Origin: a virus
Taxonomy: Duplodnaviria; Heunggongvirae; Uroviricota; Caudoviricetes
IMG/VR virus record: IMGVR_UViG_3300027734_000034
Length of the DNA stretch: 64,000 nucleotides
Strand: one strand, 5' to 3'
The stretch's first letter is position 1. Every line of letters begins with the position of its first letter. Made by a program: the position numbers and the translations under genes. Below, one piece after another: positions 1-14,947 of this stretch. The notes beneath the pieces are model-generated. The model was given only the letters and a program-made list of their open reading frames with translations. It was not told the DNA's origin and ran no database searches.

Positions 1-955
1 TTGCGAAACGCTTTGAGAATCTCGCCATCTTCGGTAGTGTAAACTAAACTGTTGCCTTCTTTCTTCAAAGCACCGGACTTCTCAAGCATATCAGTTAAGC
101 CACTGTATGGACTCATGCCTGTCTCGTATGGAATCTTGACTTGGATGCTCTCAAAAGGTTTCGCATAGCGAGTTTTCATAATCTTACAAGCAGCACGGAT
201 ACCATTCACTTCAGCAACCTTGTTACCATCCTCATCCTCTTTAAGTTTGAGTTTTTTCATAGCAACAACAATTGAACTTGCGTAAACAAAACCTTGACCA
301 CCACTGATTTTATCATCTGGATCAAACATATCTTGACTTGCGTATGTGTGATTAGTAGCAACTAATCCTACATTGTGACTACCAAACATATTGACACAGT
401 TACGAACAAGTGCTGTTAGTGCTTTGGGCTTGCGACCCATGTCACCTTTCATATCACCTGCTTCAAACTGATTAACGTCAGTTGGAGTCAATAGCATACC
501 AAGACTGTCAATGACAAATAATACTTTTGGTTTGTCATCTTCTGACATTGCTTTATATGACTTCATAAATTCTGATATAGTTTTACCTACATCATCAATC
601 ATAGCCATGTTGAGTTTAAGCAATTTAGTTTCGCTTGTATCTACACCTAATGCGTGTAGCCATTTTTCATCTAAGGCATTTTCGCTGTCAATTAAGACAA
701 CATAGATTCCTTGTTGTTGTGCGTGTCTGACGAGGTTTCCGGAGCAGATGAAACTTTTTCCTGATCCAGACTCTCCGGCAAAGACAGTAACTTTACCAAG
801 AGGTACACCTTTGTTAAAATCACCGCTAATGAGATAATTGAGTCCATAATTTCCTGTAGAGATCCAATCGGTTGGATCATTGTATCCTATGCTAAGTCCC
901 TCAATACTTTTTGTAATCTCTCTACGGAACTTGCTTACATCAAATGGTTTTGCCA
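1..955 (-). CDS. uvsX: RecA-family recombinase (UvsX-like). The start codon is at 955 and the 3' end runs off the window edge.
   Basis: Minus-strand ORF from ATG at 955 reading MAKPFDVSKF...; Walker A VTVFAGESGSGKSF; RecA-like segment VVLIDSENALDEKWLHALGVD (cf. RecA IDAEHALDPIYARKLGVD); not in ORF track because it lacks a stop inside the window. Confidence 0.5.
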
Positions 956-976
956 TTGATAATCTCTCTTTCTTTG

Positions 977-1216
977 TTATCTGTTGTTTGTACCTGTTAA
1001 GTACAGTTTATCATTAAATGATAATTTATCAAGTATATCGGGACATTTTTCAGCCATTGAATCAATTTCCCAATCTTGTGGATAGTGTCTTAGTGCGGCT
1101 CTTGCACGATCTCTGATTAAACTAGGTACTCGTGGAGTACGACCAGGATCACACAATTCCTCTAATAATTTTTTACCTTGCTTCATGGCACGGTATCTTT
1201 CGTCTGGTAATGTCAT
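977..1216 (-). CDS. hypothetical protein (79 aa)
   Basis: ORF with RBS GGAGAAC 7 nt upstream of ATG; no recognisable motif. Confidence 0.4.
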   Translation of the reverse strand: MTLPDERYRAMKQGKKLLEELCDPGRTPRVPSLIRDRARAALRHYPQDWEIDSMAEKCPDILDKLSFNDKLYLTGTNNR

Positions 1217-1230
1217 AGTGTTCTCCTAAG

Positions 1231-1250
1231 ATAGGGGCCGTAGCCCCTAT
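1231..1250. other. GC-rich hairpin ATAGGGGC-CGTA-GCCCCTAT between gene 32 end and next gene RBS
   Basis: 8-bp stem with tetraloop; immediately upstream of GGAGAAC RBS. Confidence 0.35.
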
Positions 1251-1256
1251 ATAGAT

Positions 1257-2258
1257 TTAAGCAGCCTTTTGGCGACTACGAATCATCGCCAAAATATCTT
1301 GTGCTTTGTCACTTGATGTATTTGCTGCTGGAACAACTACTGGAGCACTAGTGAAAGATGCTTCTGCTGCCGCAACATCATCTTCCCATGCGGGAGTATT
1401 AGTTGCTACTGGTGCAGTACGAACTGGCAATGCTGATTCAGTTACTGAACCTGCTGGAGCATCTAAGCCCCATGGGCGAAAGTAGTTACCCCAACGTTCG
1501 TTGTCGTAAGGTTGACCATCTACTGATGCCTCAAACATTTCTTTCATAATGCGTAGTTCAGCTTCACCTGGCTTCTTAGGCAAGAAGTCACTAAGATTAA
1601 ACAATCCATGTGCTTCAATTGCTGCTTGTTCAGCCTCAGTCAATGCTGTTTCTCTACGTGCCCAGTTACTTGTACTGTAATCTGCATATCCACCCTTACT
1701 AGACTTCTTAATATTGAAGTCAAGACCGCGAATATAGTCAGTTGGCAATTCCATGATTTCAGGATCAAGTAATCCACTCTTAACGATTGGGATGATTTGC
1801 GGGCTGATAACGAATCTACGAATTGGATTCGCAGGAGTCTTGTCATCACCCAATGGGTTTTGACGCACAAAGCCTTGAAAAATGTAACTACGCTTTTTCC
1901 AATACTTGTTAGCCATTTCTTTCAATGTCTCATCTTTGTACCAAGGACGAACCTCAGCCAAGATAGGGCATGTAGAACCATCGTTATACATTTCTACGCA
2001 TGGAACTTGTACAACTAATTGTTTTGCTCCACTGTCACCTTTAACTCCATTGAATGGAAGTTTGATGATTTGTTTTTCTACCCAGAAAAATTCGTTCTTG
2101 GAATCACCATCGGGCAAGAAACGAATACTAGCAGTAGTGCCTTCGTCCATGTTCCAGTGGGGGTAGATAGAATTATCTGATTGGGTTGTAGAACCCTTGT
2201 TGTTTGACTTATTGTCTTGCGCTGCGATACGTGCGCGGATATCTGCTAATGATGCCAT
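1257..2258 (-). CDS. 32: gp32-like single-stranded DNA-binding protein
   Basis: ASIRFLPDG resembles T4 gp32 AVIRFLPSK; Cys/His-containing segment CVEMYNDGSTCP at equivalent position of gp32 zinc site; Ala/Asp/Glu-rich acidic C-terminal tail typical of gp32; located next to uvsX-like gene. Confidence 0.5.
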   Translation of the reverse strand: MASLADIRARIAAQDNKSNNKGSTTQSDNSIYPHWNMDEGTTASIRFLPDGDSKNEFFWVEKQIIKLPFNGVKGDSGAKQLVVQVPCVEMYNDGSTCPILAEVRPWYKDETLKEMANKYWKKRSYIFQGFVRQNPLGDDKTPANPIRRFVISPQIIPIVKSGLLDPEIMELPTDYIRGLDFNIKKSSKGGYADYSTSNWARRETALTEAEQAAIEAHGLFNLSDFLPKKPGEAELRIMKEMFEASVDGQPYDNERWGNYFRPWGLDAPAGSVTESALPVRTAPVATNTPAWEDDVAAAEASFTSAPVVVPAANTSSDKAQDILAMIRSRQKAA

Positions 2259-2337
2259 ATAAATATTCCTTATAAATTTGAGATGGTCTCGTTTTTAAAT
2301 TCGCTACTTCACCATGAAGTAACTAACACGATGAGTA

Positions 2338-2365
2338 AGTATAGCATACTTTCTCAACCTGTCAA
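2338..2365 (-). promoter_or_regulatory. sigma70-type promoter TTGACA-N16-TATACT upstream of gene 32
   Basis: Minus strand TTGACAGGTTGAGAAAGTATGCTATACT; a GATAAATAC box lies 3 nt further upstream (2368-2376). Confidence 0.45.
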
Positions 2366-2387
2366 TAGTATTTATCTTTGTTATGGC

Positions 2388-2412
2388 AAACCTCACCTTT
2401 TAAGTGAGGTTT
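2388..2412. other. hairpin AAACCTCAC-N7-GTGAGGTTT between gene 32 promoter region and upstream gene end
   Basis: 9-bp stem seen in sequence; T-run only on plus side. Confidence 0.3.
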
Positions 2413-2430
2413 TTGATAAGTAATTTACCC

Positions 2431-5226
2431 TTATCTTCTGTGATTCATAATCTGTAAGATACGGTCTAAGTCATCTTGACCTTCTTTTACATCTTTCTTG
2501 TCATCTTTTTTAGCCATTGATTTGGTAAGCGTATCTAGCGCGTGTTTGACCATTTTTTCTTTTGATATTGGCTTTGCTTCTTTATCAGGACCAGGACGCG
2601 GATCAGTATCACGACCTGTATACGCGCTTGGTTGGCTCTTGTCCATTTCTTCTAATACGCTACCAATATCAGTATCACGCTTGTCATGTTGTGGTGATTT
2701 TGGTTTTTCTAATCTCTTTAGTATACTTGAGATTTTCTGATGTATTCTATCTGAGCCAGCCTCGATAGGATCTCTGCTCCAGTCTGTGTTGGAACGCTCA
2801 TAATCATTTGGATTCAAATCTCTATCATATTGTGTATGAGTACCTTCATCCATTTCATCTTCAGTTGTAACTGCTTGAGCATCCATGTTGATGAAGTTTT
2901 CTTTCATTTTACGGTCGCCGTATAATTCTTTATCAGTAATCTTATCAGCAGCAGCAACTGCATCTTTGCCAAACTTTTTTTCTACTCTCTTTTCGGTTGC
3001 ATCTGCTTTGCGGTGTGCCTCGTCATCTCCCCATCCATCCATACCATGCGCTCTGCGTTTACCTAAAGTTTTTACTGCTAATTCTTGTGAAATTTCATCT
3101 AGTTGACTTTCATTAGCACCGACTAGTTTACCTACTGCACCTTTTGGGCCTACTTTTTCTGTAGGTCCTAATTGACCTACACGCTTTTGATTAGCATCAA
3201 GACCTTCATCTACTTCTTTTTCTTTTTGACGTTGTTCTAACTCTTTGCCATACTTCTGTACTTTTTCGCGGAAGCTTTTCTCTTGTTCTTTGCTAGTCTC
3301 GCCTTTAGTAGACTTACGTGCATCATATTGACCCATGTCTACTTCTTCAGATACACCTTCTTCTTTGTGACTAAATTTAGCACGAATGTTTTGCATTTTT
3401 TCTTTACCAGCATGTTCACGACCTGCTTTGCGTAATGCGTCCATACCTTTTTCACCGTACTTCTTATTACCTAAGTATGCTTGCAATGCACTTTCTTCAA
3501 CTTCTTCTTCTGGCAATACACCTTTTGGTCCGCCACGCATTGTATATTGACTACTTGCTTTCATGTCACCCATGCGGCCTTTAGTTAGAGTTCCTTTTTT
3601 GCCTGCTTTATCTGTTTTGTACACATCATCTGGTCCAGCTGATTTTTTTAAAGCAAGTGTATCATAGTTAGGTTTCTTACCTGAGTTGTATCTTCTTTGA
3701 GTTGTTATATTTCCAAGGGCATTCATAGCATCACCTATAGAATCAAAGGTCGAATGAATATCATCAGTACCGTAATAACCGTTATTAACATTAAAGTCTA
3801 CTTTAATTTTACCAGTTTTTAAATCTTGTATAACGGTACCGCTAGCATCATATCCATCTTCATCATCATCAAAATCAAATTGTCTTGTATTAGGTTCATC
3901 TGGGTCAACTTCATACCAGCCGTGTAAATTTTCAATTGCTTTACCAAAATCTCCTTTACCTTCAGCGATACCATTCAATGATTGTGTAACTTGCTTGACC
4001 CAACCACTAACATCACTACCGCCAATTTCTTCAACATCACCTACATATTCAGCAACGCTATCAATAGCATCTCCTACTTTTTCAGGGCCATATTTCTGCA
4101 ATAAATCTGGGTGTTGCATTAGTATGCGTCTTGTTATAGCTTGTGTAACCGGACTATACTGGTCTAAACTTTCAGGAATGCCAACTGGGTTATTGCTTGT
4201 AAGGCTTTCTTCTTCGACCAAACTGTCAGCCCACTCTGCTAGCTTGTTCATCTCTTTATCAACCACTGATTCAGAAACTTTTTTATGTATTCTATTCAAT
4301 ATAGGCATTACACTTTCAATACGTGGATCTAATGTTTCTTGTACAAACAATTCATTTAGATTAGATTCATCACCTTCAGTTTCCATCAATGCAGGAGTCC
4401 AGCTTTCAAAGTAAGCATTGTATCCACGCTTACCAGTCATGCGGCTCAATGATTCGCGTAGACTTTGATAGTGTGCGATACCTTCATTGACTAATGATTG
4501 TGCTGATTCATTGAATTGACCATTACGTGTAGCACGAACGAATCCAGCCATCTTGCTATATTCTTCACATAGGCTATGAACATGGTTCCAACGATCATCA
4601 TTGACTTTGCCACCTTCAGCGATATGTCTAGCATATACACGGGCGATACCTGGCTTCTTAGTATCAAGTAGATAGCGTTCGCCTTCTTGATTCTCTAGGA
4701 ATATCCTATTGATGTTACGATAGCGTTGTTCACCTTCTTCAATGACACGGCTGTGTTCAATGACAATCTTGACTGTAGGTATAGCATCGCTATAACTTGC
4801 TTTTCTGCCCATTGGGTAGTAACCCTCTGCTATTTTGTCTTTGTCTCTCATATGTTTCCTTCTTGCCATATCGTCATTAACATGGTCTTTGTTCTTTGTA
4901 TTAAATCCTTTAAGTCCTCTAGTCATTCTAAAAGAACTTAATTGATGTAAAAATCCGCTCCAAGAATCATCATAATCTAATCCCGGGGTTTTATCACCAG
5001 GACTATTAGATACATCATCACCGAAATATACAGTTAATACTCTATCATCATCTAATGTAACAAAGACGGTTCCGTATTCTTCCCCGTCTTTAGTAAATTC
5101 AAACTTGAAAATGTCTGCTTCATCTGGAACTGGAGTAGCTTTACCTGTTGCGTCTAACGGTTTTGGTTTATATTTGGACAACAATTGATAAAGTTGACGG
5201 TTGAGGGTTTCTGTATTAGTTGGCAT
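2431..5226 (-). CDS. large Lys/Glu/Asp-rich hypothetical protein (931 aa)
   Basis: Long uninterrupted ORF; strongly charged low-complexity C-terminal half (KEKE-like); no catalytic motif recognised. Confidence 0.5.
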   Translation of the reverse strand: MPTNTETLNRQLYQLLSKYKPKPLDATGKATPVPDEADIFKFEFTKDGEEYGTVFVTLDDDRVLTVYFGDDVSNSPGDKTPGLDYDDSWSGFLHQLSSFRMTRGLKGFNTKNKDHVNDDMARRKHMRDKDKIAEGYYPMGRKASYSDAIPTVKIVIEHSRVIEEGEQRYRNINRIFLENQEGERYLLDTKKPGIARVYARHIAEGGKVNDDRWNHVHSLCEEYSKMAGFVRATRNGQFNESAQSLVNEGIAHYQSLRESLSRMTGKRGYNAYFESWTPALMETEGDESNLNELFVQETLDPRIESVMPILNRIHKKVSESVVDKEMNKLAEWADSLVEEESLTSNNPVGIPESLDQYSPVTQAITRRILMQHPDLLQKYGPEKVGDAIDSVAEYVGDVEEIGGSDVSGWVKQVTQSLNGIAEGKGDFGKAIENLHGWYEVDPDEPNTRQFDFDDDEDGYDASGTVIQDLKTGKIKVDFNVNNGYYGTDDIHSTFDSIGDAMNALGNITTQRRYNSGKKPNYDTLALKKSAGPDDVYKTDKAGKKGTLTKGRMGDMKASSQYTMRGGPKGVLPEEEVEESALQAYLGNKKYGEKGMDALRKAGREHAGKEKMQNIRAKFSHKEEGVSEEVDMGQYDARKSTKGETSKEQEKSFREKVQKYGKELEQRQKEKEVDEGLDANQKRVGQLGPTEKVGPKGAVGKLVGANESQLDEISQELAVKTLGKRRAHGMDGWGDDEAHRKADATEKRVEKKFGKDAVAAADKITDKELYGDRKMKENFINMDAQAVTTEDEMDEGTHTQYDRDLNPNDYERSNTDWSRDPIEAGSDRIHQKISSILKRLEKPKSPQHDKRDTDIGSVLEEMDKSQPSAYTGRDTDPRPGPDKEAKPISKEKMVKHALDTLTKSMAKKDDKKDVKEGQDDLDRILQIMNHRR

Positions 5227-5230
5227 AATT

Positions 5231-5239
5231 GTATTTATC
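5231..5239 (-). promoter_or_regulatory. GATAAATAC motif 5 nt upstream of ATG of 931-aa gene
   Basis: Minus strand AAGATAAATACAATTATG. Confidence 0.3.
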
Positions 5240-5245
5240 TTAATC

Positions 5246-6799
5246 TCAACTTAGTACGGCAAAGAATGGTAGTGGAGCAATGAATTCCTCGTGGTCCTTA
5301 ACATAACTGTCTAATTCAAAGTGATATGAACCTAATTCCTGTATCATTCTGACAGATAATAAGCTGGCCATAATCAAGTCGTCCGTATCCCCAACTTTAG
5401 CAGCATAACTACCCGCATGTGCTACAAACGCTTTTAATTCGCTGATAAGACTACGACTATTTACGGTTAGTTTCTTGCTTTCAAGCAATGTCTTAAACTT
5501 AGCGCAAGCAGTTAATTTGCTCTTATTTGTTGTATTGAAACCTTTACGCTTCTTTCCAGGTTCACTGATAAAAATTCCTGGAATATTATTCTCTCCATAT
5601 TCGTTTAATGATACCAATGCTGCTTCGCCAATACTATTGTTCTCTACACTATAATAGACATTGTTTGGTTCATTTGTACATTCAACAATATACTTGTTTA
5701 TCTGAGCCATTAGTTTAATCTGTGTTGGGATATCAGTTTTATTGTGCTTCCATTCACCAACTTGTGTAACTGTATTTGCCTCATATATTTGTATAGCAGC
5801 TGGGTCATTGCCTGTGCCAATACTAGGGTCTAATGCTACTGTATAGATATTGCCTTTGACTGGTTTCTGATACCAACGAACTTGCCCCATTCTACTTACT
5901 GGTTCTATACCCTGTAAATCAAGCAATGTGTTTGGATTAATAAGTGTTTCATCTGCAATAATGAATTCACAACCAATTTCACGACGGAATCTATCTTCAC
6001 CTAATTGTGCTTTCATTTCATCAGCCCACTTTTGGTCTCTGCCAGGTTGTTCTTGCCAGTCTGCTCTATATGCTTTGAATCCGTTGATACCTAGTTCTGT
6101 TGTGTTACCAAATTCATCTTCAGTTTTGTTAGCACCTTTCCAGATGAAAGCAAATTGATCCTCATCACTATTTGGGGTACTTGTGATAATTGCTTTACCA
6201 CCAGTACTTAATGTTGGTGTAATGGCTGTCCAGAATTCTTTAGCGATACTTGGTCTAACGAACGCAAACTCGTCTAGGTATAACAATGTAATAGACATAC
6301 CACGACCTGTATTTTCAGTAGTAGTTGCAGAAACAATACGACTACCATTTTCAAAGTCTAATGAGCCTTTGTTATAAGTTGTTACACCTGCTTTGATATA
6401 GTCTGGGCAGTTTTCATATGCATAACGAACACGCTGCATAATTTCTTGTGCGCCTGTGTATTTGTGTGCTGCTATAAGAATAGTACTGTCTGGTACAAAC
6501 ATAGCATACCAAAGTAAGTACCCAGCTGCACTAGTTGATTTGCCTGATTGTCGAGGCATTAAACTGATACTGTAGCGATAGTTATGATATGTGTTAATTA
6601 ATCGTTTCTGATAGTCATAGGGATGATACACCATACTTCCCTTAGTAGGGTGTTGTATCATAAAGAAGTTATCCATGAAGTATAGATAACCTGTGTCAGG
6701 GTCGCAACACTTTATAAAGTCCTGTAATTCCTTATCGTTCTTAAATTTTGTTTTAGTATAAGGATCTTTTACTAGAGATGCTTGACCTGTTTTATTCAT
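5246..6799 (-). CDS. 17: terminase large subunit (gp17-like)
   Basis: Walker A MPRQSGKST, Walker B LLYLDEFAFV, overall colinearity with T4 gp17 ATPase region (YHPYDYQ..., IAAHK, KGS..NGS). Confidence 0.8.
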   Translation of the reverse strand: MNKTGQASLVKDPYTKTKFKNDKELQDFIKCCDPDTGYLYFMDNFFMIQHPTKGSMVYHPYDYQKRLINTYHNYRYSISLMPRQSGKSTSAAGYLLWYAMFVPDSTILIAAHKYTGAQEIMQRVRYAYENCPDYIKAGVTTYNKGSLDFENGSRIVSATTTENTGRGMSITLLYLDEFAFVRPSIAKEFWTAITPTLSTGGKAIITSTPNSDEDQFAFIWKGANKTEDEFGNTTELGINGFKAYRADWQEQPGRDQKWADEMKAQLGEDRFRREIGCEFIIADETLINPNTLLDLQGIEPVSRMGQVRWYQKPVKGNIYTVALDPSIGTGNDPAAIQIYEANTVTQVGEWKHNKTDIPTQIKLMAQINKYIVECTNEPNNVYYSVENNSIGEAALVSLNEYGENNIPGIFISEPGKKRKGFNTTNKSKLTACAKFKTLLESKKLTVNSRSLISELKAFVAHAGSYAAKVGDTDDLIMASLLSVRMIQELGSYHFELDSYVKDHEEFIAPLPFFAVLS

Positions 6800-6843
6800 A
6801 ACTTTATTTATGTGGATAACTACCCAATTATATAATTAGGTAA

Positions 6844-11610
<4,767 letters not shown>

Positions 11611-11625
11611 CTATCTATTTAACTG

Positions 11626-13344
11626 TTAAAGAGTAATGTAACCCCAATTTACTACTTGTGATGTTCCGCTATTGTTTGTAATACCAAATGTAAACACATT
11701 AGCAGTTGTAGTACTAACCACAGCATTACTAATATTGTTCACAGTTCCAACAATCTGCGTGGGTATCGCTGTAAGTACTAATGCATTACCTGCTGCATAA
11801 TACCAACCATAACTACTACCTACTACCGGAACATTGGTATTTGTAACAACCACTGTAGCAGTATATGTAACAATACCATTTGGAATATTTCCTCTAACCC
11901 ATAATGAGTAAGTACCGTTTATAGGAACCGTAATACTTACTGTGTTAGTACCTGCTGATAATGTCCAACTACCAGTTGTTGAGCCTGCACCCACACCAGT
12001 AGCACCTGTAATGCCTGTACTACCAGTTGCGCCAGTTGGTCCTGTAGCACCACTAGCGCCAGTTGTACCTACACCAGTAGCACCTGTGGCGCCCGGGCCA
12101 GTAGCACCGGTCGAACCATTGTATCCAGTAGCACCAGTTGCGCCTGTACTTCCTACTCCTTGTACTCCTGCGATACTAGTATCAAGCCACAATATATTAT
12201 GATCGACAGGAGCAGTAGATTGAGCAATTAAACCTTGCTCACCTGTTGCACCTGTGCTACCTAAACCAGTTGCTCCAATGGCACCTGTTGCACCTGTGCT
12301 ACCTAAACCAGTTGCGCCCGTAGCGCCTGTTGTACCTATATAACCAGTTGCGCCAGTAGCACCTGTTGTGCCTATATAACCAGTTGCGCCAGTAGCACCT
12401 GTTGTGCCTACAAAACCGGTTGCTCCTGTTGCACCTGTACTACCAATATAACCCGTAGCACCCGTTGCTCCAGTTGTACCTACAACGCCGGTGGCGCCAG
12501 TAGTGCCTGTGGCGCCAGTGGTACCAATCTCGCCTGTTGCACCTGTTGCGCCTATCCCAGTAGCGCCAGTGGAGCCTTCATTGCCTATATTACCAGTAGC
12601 ACCTGTTGCACCATTGTAGCCGGTAGCACCAGTAGACCCAGCCCCGGCTGGTCCGGTTGCACCTGTTGATCCTGTACCAGATGGTCCGGTTGCTCCTGTA
12701 CTACCTATTGCACCTGTTGCACCAGTAGAACCACCAGCTCCCCCACCGCCACCAGCGAAAGGGGTGCCATTAGCATAGAAATAGTTGTCAGTATAAATTG
12801 CGTTTGGTACTACATTGCCACTTGCATTTAAATTTATCGTATCAACATTGCCATATATCAATGCATATGATGCTGAAAAATTTGTAGTGTTAAGTGCAGC
12901 ATTTGCTTGATCCCAAGTTAAACTAGGACTACCATCAAAGTTACCTGTATTGTTAAATTGAATCTGTCCATTGCCACCGCCTACTTCGCCGTTACCGGAT
13001 CCACCACCTGTAACCCAAGTAAGATTACCGGCTCCATCTGTTACTAAATATTGACCGCTATTGCCACCGGTGACTTTGAATGTACCTATACTTAAAGTAC
13101 CAACTCGTGTGATATTGGGTTGTGCTGCATTTACTACAGAATATGCTAAATTAGCTAATGCTGCCGGTGCAAAATTTGCACCTCCTGCACCGGATAATAT
13201 TAAATTTCCTGCAACTTGCATGTTAGCTTTTTGTGTTACAGGGTCTCCGGACATGTTAACAACCGGAAATAACGAATTAGCCGCTATATTGCTACCTATA
13301 TTAGGTAACTCTGTTATTTTAATTGTTAAATTAGACGTAGCCAT
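11626..13344 (-). CDS. collagen-like repeat fibre protein. The track start at 13374 is a TTG codon; the likely true ATG is at 13344 with RBS AAAGGA.
   Basis: Long G-X-Y tract ([19 protein letters not shown]...), Gly-rich N-terminal region; ATG GCT ACG at 13344 preceded by AAAGGATATTTA. Confidence 0.6.
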   Translation of the reverse strand: MATSNLTIKITELPNIGSNIAANSLFPVVNMSGDPVTQKANMQVAGNLILSGAGGANFAPAALANLAYSVVNAAQPNITRVGTLSIGTFKVTGGNSGQYLVTDGAGNLTWVTGGGSGNGEVGGGNGQIQFNNTGNFDGSPSLTWDQANAALNTTNFSASYALIYGNVDTINLNASGNVVPNAIYTDNYFYANGTPFAGGGGGAGGSTGATGAIGSTGATGPSGTGSTGATGPAGAGSTGATGYNGATGATGNIGNEGSTGATGIGATGATGEIGTTGATGTTGATGVVGTTGATGATGYIGSTGATGATGFVGTTGATGATGYIGTTGATGATGYIGTTGATGATGLGSTGATGAIGATGLGSTGATGEQGLIAQSTAPVDHNILWLDTSIAGVQGVGSTGATGATGYNGSTGATGPGATGATGVGTTGASGATGPTGATGSTGITGATGVGAGSTTGSWTLSAGTNTVSITVPINGTYSLWVRGNIPNGIVTYTATVVVTNTNVPVVGSSYGWYYAAGNALVLTAIPTQIVGTVNNISNAVVSTTTANVFTFGITNNSGTSQVVNWGYITL

Positions 13345-13364
13345 TAAATATCCTTTTATTCTTG

Positions 13365-13372
13365 TATTTATC
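13365..13372 (-). promoter_or_regulatory. late-promoter-like box GATAAATA (T4 late consensus TATAAATA) upstream of fibre gene
   Basis: Minus-strand GTTGATAAATACAAG 21 nt upstream of ATG at 13344; same 9-mer GATAAATAC recurs at 2368, 5231, 15505, 59412. Confidence 0.35.
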
Positions 13373-13386
13373 AACAGTGGACATGG

Positions 13387-13410
13387 AAAGACCGAGCATG
13401 CTCGGTCTTT
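13387..13410. terminator. perfect 24-bp palindrome AAAGACCGAGCATGCTCGGTCTTT (bidirectional terminator-like hairpin)
   Basis: Seen directly; lies between the end of the methyltransferase gene (13427) and the start of the fibre gene; stem flanked by A-run on one side and T-run on the other. Confidence 0.45.
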
Positions 13411-13426
13411 GATAGGTTAAATACAA

Positions 13427-14128
13427 TTATTTGATATCTAGAGGTCTTTGCTTAGTAGCAACGATACAGTAAAAATGTTCTTTTGCTTTTTTCTTTTCAC
13501 CTTCTGGATCTGCATCATTCGGAAATTCAATATCAAATTCAAAGTTTTGAAACAAGTCAATGTTGAATCCAGTGCGTGTAATCAATGCTGCTAGTTGATT
13601 CTTACCTAAAATACTATAGTGATTTAGGTTAAATTCATGCTGTCTTTCAGTATCTGGGGCAGGAACTTCAATGTAAATCTTGCCAAACTGTTTAAGAATA
13701 CGATTATATTCCATTAAGCTAAAGATAGGGTATGGACTATGTTCCAATGCATGACGCAAAAAGATAAAGTCTACACTTTCATCATGGTATCCATCTTTTT
13801 GTGGGATAAAACTCAAGTCATATTTCTTAATCTTGTGACCTTTATCTTCACAGATTTTAATGTCTCCCGGGCTTAATGTTACACCAGTTAAATCAGTATA
13901 GCCTCTAGATTTCATTTGATCTAAGAAATAGCCTGGGCCACATCCTAAGTCTAAAATCTTGCTATCTTTTTTTAGATTTAATGGGTCGATATATTGTTCA
14001 ACCACTGATTTAGTCAATGACGAATGCATTTGACTATCGCCCTCATCATAGATGTGAGCAGTATACAACCATTCGTTGTAGAATTTTAACTTGATTAAGT
14101 CAAGTGTTTGGTTAATATCGATTATCAT
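13427..14128 (-). CDS. class I SAM-dependent methyltransferase
   Basis: Motif I ILDLGCGPGYFLD; downstream acidic residue pattern typical of Rossmann MTases. Confidence 0.55.
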   Translation of the reverse strand: MIIDINQTLDLIKLKFYNEWLYTAHIYDEGDSQMHSSLTKSVVEQYIDPLNLKKDSKILDLGCGPGYFLDQMKSRGYTDLTGVTLSPGDIKICEDKGHKIKKYDLSFIPQKDGYHDESVDFIFLRHALEHSPYPIFSLMEYNRILKQFGKIYIEVPAPDTERQHEFNLNHYSILGKNQLAALITRTGFNIDLFQNFEFDIEFPNDADPEGEKKKAKEHFYCIVATKQRPLDIK

Positions 14129-14180
14129 TAAGGTTCCTATAATTTGATATAATTACTTATTCTAGGAATATGATGATTGA

Positions 14181-14558
14181 TTATTTTCTTTTGTAACCTT
14201 TGAATGGTTTCACAATACTTTGCGTATTGGTATCAGGCAATTCTATACTTTCATCATCTCCATGATTCAAGTCCACAATATCACTACCCACTGCTTTATA
14301 TGCTTGCTTGAGCATTTTTGATTCTATATCAGTATATGGATGTGCTGTATTATAACGACCACTCCATGTTTCTGCATCTATCTCTAATGGAGTAGTTCCA
14401 TCTGCGCTAGCAACTGCCATCATAATACGATTCAATTCATAAGTACGGTCATACCCACCCGGATCACGAAACTTATGTAACCCACGCATGGCAAAGGATT
14501 GTCTTTTGGTAGGTGTACCGATCGTTCGTTGCTCAGTTAAAAACTCACTTGCTCTCAT
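14181..14558 (-). CDS. small protein with N-terminal T4 internal-protein-like capsid targeting sequence (MRASEFLTE)
   Basis: N-terminus MRASEFLTEQR cf. T4 IPI/IPII/IPIII CTS MKTYQEFIAE with L/I-x-E protease site; paralog of adjacent gene; C-terminus FKGYKRK. Confidence 0.45.
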   Translation of the reverse strand: MRASEFLTEQRTIGTPTKRQSFAMRGLHKFRDPGGYDRTYELNRIMMAVASADGTTPLEIDAETWSGRYNTAHPYTDIESKMLKQAYKAVGSDIVDLNHGDDESIELPDTNTQSIVKPFKGYKRK

Positions 14559-14947
14559 TTTGGATAACCTTTAAATGCTTTAACTGGACTGACCTTAACT
14601 ACATCAGTTGCTTCTTCACTTTTGTTAGTACTGATTAGTACTTTCTTACCTGGAACACCTGTTTCTTTCATTGCATAGTCAATATCTTTTTCAATATCAC
14701 CATCCATATATGAACTTACAATCATATTCTCTCCCCATGGAGTTTCTTTTTCAAAATTATAAGCTGGAATACTATCTTGCACTCTTTCTAGTTGCCCACG
14801 AGCACCGGCCAATGCTACACCAAACCGATATTGTTTATAGAAATCACTGTTGGGCAATCCTGGAATAGTATATGTGCCCGACAATGCTCTAGCAACATCA
14901 ACTGATAATGCAGCACGATTTTCCGTTATGAATTCTTTTGCTCTCAT
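14555..14947 (-). CDS. small protein with N-terminal T4 internal-protein-like capsid targeting sequence (MRAKEFITE)
   Basis: N-terminus MRAKEFITENR; C-terminus FKGYPK shared with neighbour; 4-nt overlap with downstream gene. Confidence 0.45.
   Translation of the reverse strand: MRAKEFITENRAALSVDVARALSGTYTIPGLPNSDFYKQYRFGVALAGARGQLERVQDSIPAYNFEKETPWGENMIVSSYMDGDIEKDIDYAMKETGVPGKKVLISTNKSEEATDVVKVSPVKAFKGYPK

Noticed and set aside
1640-2166. Track ORFs 1640..1870(-), 1797..2018(+), 1906..2166(+) inside gene 32
   Set aside because: They overlap a well-supported coding sequence in other frames or on the other strand. They have low-complexity or odd composition.
6805-6812. CATAAATA late-box-like sequence before the terminase ATG
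   Set aside because: It has only 7/8 identity, sits 5 nt from the ATG with no room for an RBS, and lacks the G/T-ATAAATAC context.
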